6,255 nt of DNA, taken from the IMG/VR virus record IMGVR_UViG_2778261454_000001; one strand, 5' to 3'. This stretch comes from a virus. Its lineage: Duplodnaviria > Heunggongvirae > Uroviricota > Caudoviricetes. Position numbers and translations under genes: made by a program. Below, one piece after another: positions 1-6,255 of this stretch. The stretch's first letter is position 1. Every line of letters begins with the position of its first letter. Below the pieces are notes generated by a model, which worked only from the letters and a program-made list of their open reading frames with translations, made no database searches and was not told the DNA's origin.

Positions 1-1286
<1,286 letters not shown>

Positions 1287-1294
1287 TAAATATC

Positions 1295-1322
1295 ATAGGG
1301 GATCGGTATGCCAATCCCCTAT
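1295..1322. promoter_or_regulatory. Stem-loop (9-bp stem ATAGGGGAT / ATCCCCTAT, 10-nt loop) between the fibre gene and the next ORF; overlaps palindrome CCTATATATAGG (1318..1329)
   Basis: Inverted repeat read directly from the sequence. No T-tract follows, so it is not a canonical intrinsic terminator. It lies just upstream of the AGGA ribosome-binding site of the 1339 ORF. Confidence 0.4.
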
Positions 1323-1338
1323 ATATAGGAATAATAAA

Positions 1339-1473
1339 ATGAATATCAAACAATCTACCAATTACAAATATAAAAGTACTGTAGTAAGTCCTACACGCAT
1401 TGTCATTACTCAAAAACATATTGAAGTATACGATTCAGAAGGGAAGCTAAGGGTACGTATGAATAAGGATTAA
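1339..1473 (+). CDS. Small protein (44 aa) whose C-terminus repeats the fibre C-terminal motif
   Basis: ATG 1339 is preceded by AGGA (1327-1330) at 8-nt spacing. C-terminus RIVITQKHIEVYDSEGKLRVRMNKD parallels the fibre C-terminus [25 protein letters not shown]. The longer ORF in the track (1243..) overlaps the fibre gene, so the internal ATG is preferred. Confidence 0.5.
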   Translation: MNIKQSTNYKYKSTVVSPTRIVITQKHIEVYDSEGKLRVRMNKD

Positions 1474-1475
1474 CT

Positions 1476-1775
1476 ATGGCACAAGGTTTACAATGCTGGA
1501 ATGGTTCCGGCGTACTTGTTGTAGATCTCACAGATTACAATATACGTTATATGGGTACATATAATATCAACGTATCTTCAAGTACTGCTACATATACCGT
1601 TACAGTACCAAATATGAAAACTACAGGATGGTTCGTACATTACGCCCCAGCGTCAGATAATTTTAATGATTGGTCTGCTTACTGTAACAATGGATCTTTC
1701 ACAGCTATCTATCTACCTGGCAATTTCCCCCCCGCTGGTACAGTTGCCTTTAACGTATATAAATGGGCGGCTTAA
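1476..1775 (+). CDS. Tail-fibre-associated small protein (99 aa), putative adhesin or assembly factor
   Basis: AAGGA (1465-1469) sits 6 nt upstream of ATG 1476, which lies 2 nt after the preceding stop. N-terminus MAQGLQCWNGSGVLVVDLTD resembles the start of the next protein and the fibre C-terminal motif. Rich in Y/W/N/G/T with 2 Cys. Confidence 0.55.
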   Translation: MAQGLQCWNGSGVLVVDLTDYNIRYMGTYNINVSSSTATYTVTVPNMKTTGWFVHYAPASDNFNDWSAYCNNGSFTAIYLPGNFPPAGTVAFNVYKWAA

Positions 1776-1776
1776 T

Positions 1777-2433
1777 ATGTCAGGTTTTGAAGTTTATAAT
1801 TCAGCAGGTGCTTTAACCATAGATAGTACTAACAAATCAATTATGACTGGTGGTGTAAAAGCTATGGGTACATTAACTGATCAAGGCTACTACACTGGTA
1901 TTACTTGTGCCTTTGGTAATGGTGGTGCTCTTGGTTTCTTGAATAGTAATGTAATTGTTAATAGAAACACTACCCAATATTGGTTTCAATTACAAACAGA
2001 TGGTGCCTGGTGTTTTCCTGGTGCTTATCTCTTTATGCCTAATTCTGGTCGATTCATAACAAGCACACATACAGCTACGCCTACTTCTGGTTATCTGGAT
2101 GTATTCAATGCTTCCGGTACTCTTATATGGTCTGCTGCTAGTGCTGCTACTATGCCCCGTATAGTTGGGTTCTTATCGGCTGGTGCTGGCGTAGATCTAT
2201 CTAGTGTAGTTACGGTTACTTCTCCGGTTGCTAATCCGTGGTTTTGTTGGTCACAGTGTCCGGGTAACGTTTCTGATGATGGGACAGTACTAGGTTATTC
2301 AGGGATAGTAATCAAACGTAATTCCAGTACTTCATTTAGTTTTCAGTACATTAATAAACTACAAAGATCATATACTCAGGCAATGGGTAATAATGGTATT
2401 CAGATTGCTTTGGCAACTTTTACCGGATACTAA
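1777..2433 (+). CDS. Putative receptor-binding adhesin / tail-fibre tip or assembly protein (218 aa)
   Basis: ATG 1777 lies 1 nt after the stop at 1773-1775; the track ORF 1666..2433 overlaps the previous gene, so the internal Met is preferred. N-terminus MSGFEVYNSAGALTIDST, with the motif repeated internally (GYLDVFNASGTLIW). Gly/aromatic/Cys-rich composition (…GITCAFGNGG…GAWCFPGAY…NPWFCWSQCPGN…). Confidence 0.6.
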   Translation: MSGFEVYNSAGALTIDSTNKSIMTGGVKAMGTLTDQGYYTGITCAFGNGGALGFLNSNVIVNRNTTQYWFQLQTDGAWCFPGAYLFMPNSGRFITSTHTATPTSGYLDVFNASGTLIWSAASAATMPRIVGFLSAGAGVDLSSVVTVTSPVANPWFCWSQCPGNVSDDGTVLGYSGIVIKRNSSTSFSFQYINKLQRSYTQAMGNNGIQIALATFTGY

Positions 2434-2434
2434 G

Positions 2435-2442
2435 TATAAATA
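2435..2442 (+). promoter_or_regulatory. TATAAATA motif (T4-type late-promoter consensus) about 32 nt upstream of ATG 2474
   Basis: Exact octamer in the 40-bp gap between 2433 and 2474. A single occurrence could arise by chance in AT-rich DNA. Confidence 0.25.
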
Positions 2443-2473
2443 ACTACATAATAACAACAAGGAATAAACACTA

Positions 2474-2746
2474 ATGGATATTGGTACTATTTTGGCACTT
2501 GTTATTTCTGGTTGTGTATTTGTATATACCATATTTCGTGATAATACAAAAGATACAGATGATCTACTTACTCGTGTTAGTGAAATTGAGACTAAACAGG
2601 CAGTACAGGAATCAAGTATTACTCGTATTGAAACGGATCAAGATAAAATGAGAGATTCACTATCTAAACTAGAAGCACAGATCCATGATTTAGATGTTAA
2701 GATTGAAAAGATTATTACTATTCTTGAACAGAAGCAGAAACAATAA
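2474..2746 (+). CDS. Small membrane-anchored coiled-coil protein (90 aa); candidate lysis accessory (holin / antiholin / i-spanin-like)
   Basis: AAGGA (2459-2463) upstream of the ATG. N-terminal hydrophobic helix IGTILALVISGCVFVYTIF, then a charged heptad-like segment. Convergent with the endolysin and ended by the intrinsic terminator. Confidence 0.6.
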   Translation: MDIGTILALVISGCVFVYTIFRDNTKDTDDLLTRVSEIETKQAVQESSITRIETDQDKMRDSLSKLEAQIHDLDVKIEKIITILEQKQKQ

Positions 2747-2750
2747 GCGA

Positions 2751-2792
2751 AAAAAGGCAAGCTACTGATATAGTAGCTTGCCTTTTGTTTTA
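2751..2792. terminator. Bidirectional rho-independent terminator between convergent genes
   Basis: Perfect 11-bp stem GGCAAGCTACT / AGTAGCTTGCC (2756-2766 / 2772-2782) with 5-nt loop, flanked by AAAAA on one side and TTTTGTTTT on the other, so it is followed by a U-tract on either strand. Confidence 0.8.
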
Positions 2793-3239
2793 TTTGTTAG
2801 TTAATGCGGCAATCATTTGATCTACGCGGTTTGGGGTTTGTTTGTACCAATGGGAATCTTTAGCTTGTTTAATTGCTTCAGGATAGTTCTTTTCCTTAAG
2901 TGCTTTTAACATCTTCTTAAACTTCATAGTACCAGCTAAGCCTAATTGGAAAATCATAATTACCATAAAGTCACGCCAATCATTAGGAAGCCAGATATCA
3001 AGAGTATCTAGGTTATGTTGTGCGATCATTATGTCATGGTCTAATAGTTCTTCTGCCTGTACCTCAGTAATACCGTTTGGATAACTTTCACCATGTGTAA
3101 TTAGATGACCATAACCAATCGTTTGATACCCTAATGAATCAGCATATGGATAAAACCTATCATTTCGATAGTACTTCAATGTTGCTTGATACTCTTTAGT
3201 ACCTTCATATTGTTTTAATCTTGTCTTTAAATCACTCAT
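2790..3239 (-). CDS. Endolysin, T4-lysozyme-like (glycoside hydrolase family 24 muramidase)
   Basis: From the internal ATG (rc of 3237-3239) the protein aligns by eye to T4 lysozyme: QYEG…ADSLGYQTIGYGH (Glu/Asp/Thr catalytic positions conserved), MIFQLGLAGTMKF, and HWYKQTPNR versus T4 SRWYNQTPNR. The track ORF starts 20 codons upstream at a GTG, which I consider less likely. No signal peptide or SAR segment, so it should need a holin. Confidence 0.85.
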   Translation of the reverse strand: MSDLKTRLKQYEGTKEYQATLKYYRNDRFYPYADSLGYQTIGYGHLITHGESYPNGITEVQAEELLDHDIMIAQHNLDTLDIWLPNDWRDFMVIMIFQLGLAGTMKFKKMLKALKEKNYPEAIKQAKDSHWYKQTPNRVDQMIAALTNK

Positions 3240-3242
3240 TAA

Positions 3243-3276
3243 TAAATACCTATAGTTAATTTTATATAGGTATTTA
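3243..3276. promoter_or_regulatory. Perfect 12-bp inverted repeat TAAATACCTATA / TATAGGTATTTA with 10-bp spacer, filling the divergent intergenic region
   Basis: Read directly. Each arm ends 3 nt from a start codon (minus ATG at 3237-3239, plus ATG at 3280-3282), so both genes have nearly identical leaders (TATAGGTATTTA-YTW-ATG). Confidence 0.5.
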
Positions 3277-3279
3277 CTT

Positions 3280-3726
3280 ATGGATATACAGATCCCCACG
3301 GAATGGGAATATACAGAAGATTGGGATAAGCGTACTTTGACTAATGGTGATTACGTAGGGTTTGTTTATCTGTTTCAATTTGAGGATGGTAGTACATACA
3401 TCGGTTCAAAACAGATGTATAAACGTGTTAAAGAGATTAAGAAACTTAAACCTACTTCAGAAAGTAACAATTGGGAAAACTATACAAGTAGTTCAAAGAT
3501 AGTTAATCAAAAGATCACAGATGGTGAAAAGTACTGTAAAACTATTCTCTATGCGTTTCCAACTATGCGTGAAACATTACTAGTAGAATCAATTTTGATA
3601 CTACATGAAATGTTGAAACCCAATTGTTTAAATCTCGCAATGATGACGAAGATCAGATCACCAAATGCTAAAGATAAAAAACATCTTTTAGGCATAGTAC
3701 AAGAGCTATTGGAAATATTGAGGTAA
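3280..3726 (+). CDS. GIY-YIG-type nuclease (148 aa): free-standing homing-endonuclease-like or Endo II-like
   Basis: Motifs in GIY-YIG order and spacing: GFVYLF (GIY-like), 8 aa, STYIGSK (YIG), then a conserved Arg (YKRVKE) and later Glu/Asn (LLVESILI…PNCLN). Short, with no obvious extra DNA-binding domain. Confidence 0.55.
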   Translation: MDIQIPTEWEYTEDWDKRTLTNGDYVGFVYLFQFEDGSTYIGSKQMYKRVKEIKKLKPTSESNNWENYTSSSKIVNQKITDGEKYCKTILYAFPTMRETLLVESILILHEMLKPNCLNLAMMTKIRSPNAKDKKHLLGIVQELLEILR

Positions 3727-3730
3727 ATAC

Positions 3731-4309
3731 ATGGCAAGCAGAATAAACGGGATTAGTAGTACTCAGAGTTATATAAAAACTGAAGGTACTAAACTGGGTA
3801 AACTTTTTAATGATGAAATAATTAAACGCTCAAGGCTACTATCCCAAAAAGTACAAGCAGATTTAAATAACTCAGTAGATCGCGGGGCGGTTCCCTTCAC
3901 TCAGAGATCAGTACTGTTTTTTTATAAAAAGAATGGCAAGCAATCAGTAACAGCTACCATTATGATTAAAAATATTCAAGCACAGTATCTATACAATATC
4001 ATTGTTGAACAAAAAACGATTGATAAATTTGTACCTACTAGTATTGCTCGTTTGGATAAGTATGGAAATATTTCAGGATTACGAAAAGGTTTATCAAGTG
4101 GGAAGTACAAGATAGTTAAATCTAAGAATGGTAAAGAACGTTTAATTGATACTACTAAGAAAGATACTAAGAAGAAAACCAAACGTGTAGTTGGTCTAAG
4201 AGAAGAGAAACGCCGTAAGATTATCTATGACTTCTATGGGGAAGTAGATAAAGGTGTAAGAGTAGTAATGAGTGGTATTGAAGGTACATTTAGGATTAGA
4301 AAGAAATGA
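3731..4309 (+). CDS. Hypothetical protein (192 aa) with a strongly basic C-terminal region
   Basis: GAGG (3720-3723) lies 7 nt upstream of ATG 3731. Long ORF with a Lys/Arg-rich C-terminal third (…KSKNGKERLIDTTKKDTKKKTKRVVGLREEKRRK…). Its stop overlaps the next start (ATGA). No family recognised. Confidence 0.6.
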   Translation: MASRINGISSTQSYIKTEGTKLGKLFNDEIIKRSRLLSQKVQADLNNSVDRGAVPFTQRSVLFFYKKNGKQSVTATIMIKNIQAQYLYNIIVEQKTIDKFVPTSIARLDKYGNISGLRKGLSSGKYKIVKSKNGKERLIDTTKKDTKKKTKRVVGLREEKRRKIIYDFYGEVDKGVRVVMSGIEGTFRIRKK

Positions 4310-4617
4310 ATTTTGAACAACATTATGAAGAATTAACAAGTGAAATTAAATTAGGTGGTGTAACACCTAATGGTAATTCAATGCCAATTAATAAAATGTT
4401 TCTTGGTAAAAAGTTTCAAAAGATCATCAAGAATAGTACTCACAATGTGGATAGTTATATGAATGTGATCTTTGAAAAAAAGCAAACCTTTAAAGATGGT
4501 GAAGTACTTGAATGGGAACTACAGGGTGAAGTATTACCCGTGTTTGTAATTGAGTATAAAAAGCTATTCGTAAAAGGTAAACACTTTCATGTATACGCAG
4601 TGGGGATTATTGAATGA
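4306..4617 (+). CDS. Hypothetical protein (103 aa)
   Basis: ATGA overlap with both the upstream and downstream genes, indicating translational coupling. No recognisable motif. Confidence 0.5.
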   Translation: MNFEQHYEELTSEIKLGGVTPNGNSMPINKMFLGKKFQKIIKNSTHNVDSYMNVIFEKKQTFKDGEVLEWELQGEVLPVFVIEYKKLFVKGKHFHVYAVGIIE

Positions 4618-4907
4618 TAGGTGTAATACTAGAACTGCTATCTAAAGGAATGGACTTCTTTATCAAGAGAAAAACCATTCAAGCAGATGTAGAAAAAACA
4701 AATGCCGAAGGGCAAATAGAAACCAACAAAGAAGAGATTGAAAAGGTATCATTCCATTGGCGTAATGCTCTTGGATTTGTGATCACCCTAATCATCCTCT
4801 ATAACTGGATCATAGTACCAGTACTGGATGCTTTTGGTATTGTGGTTATCCAAGTACCATTAGGACAACTACTGCAAGTACTTCTAATCATGGTTGGTGG
4901 TTCATAA
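4614..4907 (+). CDS. Putative holin (97 aa, 2-3 TM; resembles the 3TM GTA-type holin family)
   Basis: GGGGA (4602-4606) lies 7 nt upstream. Hydrophilic N-terminal part then two clear hydrophobic helices (ALGFVITLIILYNWIIVPVL and FGIVVIQVPLGQLLQVLLIMVGG). The HWRNALGF…LYNWIIVP segment matches my recollection of the W-R-P…G-W…Y-N-F signature of that family; not verified. Confidence 0.55.
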   Translation: MIGVILELLSKGMDFFIKRKTIQADVEKTNAEGQIETNKEEIEKVSFHWRNALGFVITLIILYNWIIVPVLDAFGIVVIQVPLGQLLQVLLIMVGGS

Positions 4908-4934
4908 AAAAAGCCCCATTACGGGGCTTTTTTT
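4906..4934. terminator. Bidirectional rho-independent terminator
   Basis: Stem AGCCCC / GGGGCT (4912-4917 / 4923-4928) with 5-nt loop, flanked by an A6 run and a T7 run. It lies between the stop at 4905-4907 (plus) and the stop at 4936-4938 (minus). Confidence 0.8.
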
Positions 4935-4935
4935 G

Positions 4936-6048
4936 TCAGAGATTAAATTCACTAAAGAGCCAATGTTGTTTGCTTAGTGGAATTACAAAGTTTGTCCCTT
5001 TAGGATCTCTACTACGATTTGGTGTTATAATTCTATCAAATGTCGCGTGATATATAGTATCCATTTTTATTCCTTTGTACAGTAATCCATGTACATATCT
5101 ATTCAAAAATCCAGCTATAATATCTGCTATTTGTATACCAGTACTATCTTTAGAATCTTTGAATATCAATTTTGGGGTTTCAATAACTTTGAAATCACAT
5201 GTAGGGATTTTTGGCATAATATCTACATTGACTGTTTTTATCTCAGAGATACAAAAGTCTAATGTGCTAGCAAATTCGCTAGAGGTATCATGTGTTAATA
5301 CGATGTCGGATAGTTTTCTTTTATGAATTTTATTGAGGCGAGCAATCTGGTTATAGAAACTATGTACGTTAGGCAGTAGTTTTATAACATTTCCATTACT
5401 ATCTAAATCTGGAATAGGTACAAACCATTTAATAGCTACATCTGCTGAGTATCTACTTTTTCTGTATTCAAATTCTTGTAAAGTTTTATCGAACATTCTG
5501 CATGTGCCGCCATTATCATCTAGTGGATTACTTTCACTAGAAAAGAATTCTTTCAGGCTCTCAATACATATGTTCAACTTTTCTTCGGATGGGTCTTTAC
5601 ATAACTCAGAGAATGTAGTGAAACAAATTTCTGGTGCAAATGTACTTATTATGTCTACCAATATGTTTCTTACTAACAGCAATTCATTGCTGTCTTCATT
5701 CTCCATTGCAGGTACTATAAGTTGATTTACTATAGAAACTGCTACGTTACACTTTTTATCCATTACTTCACATACTAAAGTGTATTTTTCATCAATTACG
5801 AAATCAACTAATTCGTATACTAGTTCTGGATTTTTAATATAATAATCTTGGGATTTCAGTTCAATTGATTCATCTATGCCGTGTCTTTTCTTCAAGGCAC
5901 GTACAAAACCTTTCATTCTACTAATTTTCCCTTCTGCTACTCCCACGCATGAATGAGTGAAAAGGGGCTGATTAGCAAATCCCATGTCATTTTTTTTATT
6001 AATCAAATCACCTGTGTTACCACTTTCATCTAAGAAATATTCCATCAT
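4936..6048 (-). CDS. DUF3800-like protein (about 370 aa), possible RNase-H-like-fold enzyme
   Basis: N-terminal MMEYFLDESGNTGD and C-terminal GIQIADIIAGFLNR match the DESG and Q-x-A-D signatures I recall for DUF3800. The track ORF begins at a TTG (6058-6060); I place the start at ATG rc(6046-6048), with GGGA about 9 nt upstream on the minus strand. Confidence 0.65.
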   Translation of the reverse strand: MMEYFLDESGNTGDLINKKNDMGFANQPLFTHSCVGVAEGKISRMKGFVRALKKRHGIDESIELKSQDYYIKNPELVYELVDFVIDEKYTLVCEVMDKKCNVAVSIVNQLIVPAMENEDSNELLLVRNILVDIISTFAPEICFTTFSELCKDPSEEKLNICIESLKEFFSSESNPLDDNGGTCRMFDKTLQEFEYRKSRYSADVAIKWFVPIPDLDSNGNVIKLLPNVHSFYNQIARLNKIHKRKLSDIVLTHDTSSEFASTLDFCISEIKTVNVDIMPKIPTCDFKVIETPKLIFKDSKDSTGIQIADIIAGFLNRYVHGLLYKGIKMDTIYHATFDRIITPNRSRDPKGTNFVIPLSKQHWLFSEFNL

Positions 6049-6243
6049 TACCAATCCCAATCTACAGTAGTGTCCAATCCTCTCAGATTCGTATGTTCAG
6101 TACGTGTAGCCTGTAGAACGGTTTCACCAGTGGCGATAGAAACTATATCAAATGACTCTATTTCAGTTTGTCCAAGAGTGATCTTACCCAGCAATAGTGG
6201 ACACGCGGCTAAGTGAGTAAACTCTCAGTCAGAGGTGACTCAC

Positions 6244-6255
6244 ATGACAAAAACA
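6244..6255 (+). CDS. Start of a plus-strand gene running off the window (MTKT…)
   Basis: ATG 6244 is preceded by AGAGGTGA (6231-6238) at typical Shine-Dalgarno spacing. Only 4 codons are visible. Confidence 0.3.

Noticed and set aside
1777-2433. Diversity-generating retroelement target in the Asn-rich adhesin-like protein
   Set aside because: No reverse transcriptase and no template-repeat-like near-copy of this segment is present in the window.
2790-3299. Longer endolysin ORF starting at GTG rc(3297-3299)
   Set aside because: The extra 20 residues have no counterpart in T4 lysozyme, would run through the inverted repeat, and would overlap the divergent gene start. The internal ATG aligns with the T4 lysozyme N-terminus.
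3549-3737. ORF 3549..3737 (-), 62 aa
   Set aside because: Entirely antisense to the GIY-YIG gene, which has recognisable motifs.
3976-4182. ORF 3976..4182 (-), 68 aa
   Set aside because: Antisense to the 3731..4309 gene, which sits in a translationally coupled operon.
5075-5725. ORFs 5075..5326 and 5504..5725 (+)
   Set aside because: Both lie antisense within the DUF3800 gene, whose frame carries the conserved N- and C-terminal motifs.

Overview
AT-rich window that reads as a tailed-phage or prophage late region. No searches or computations were run; all calls rest on reading the ORF translations and the DNA by eye, and family assignments are from recalled motifs. Left to right: (i) the C-terminal part of a tail-fibre/host-specificity protein (frame open 93..1286), followed by three small co-oriented genes (1339..1473, 1476..1775, 1777..2433) that share a fibre-C-terminus-like motif; (ii) a small membrane-anchored coiled-coil protein (2474..2746) convergent with a T4-lysozyme-like GH24 endolysin (2790..3239, minus), separated by a bidirectional intrinsic terminator; (iii) a divergent 40-bp intergenic region carrying a perfect 12-bp inverted repeat that abuts both start codons; (iv) a plus-strand operon of a GIY-YIG-type nuclease (3280..3726), two unknown proteins (3731..4309, 4306..4617) and a holin-like membrane protein (4614..4907), ended by a second bidirectional terminator; (v) a minus-strand DUF3800-like protein (4936..6048), which I consider the best candidate for an accessory (defence/anti-defence) gene; (vi) a GC-richer non-coding stretch and the start of another plus-strand gene at 6244. 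No rRNA, tRNA, CRISPR array or transposon was seen.
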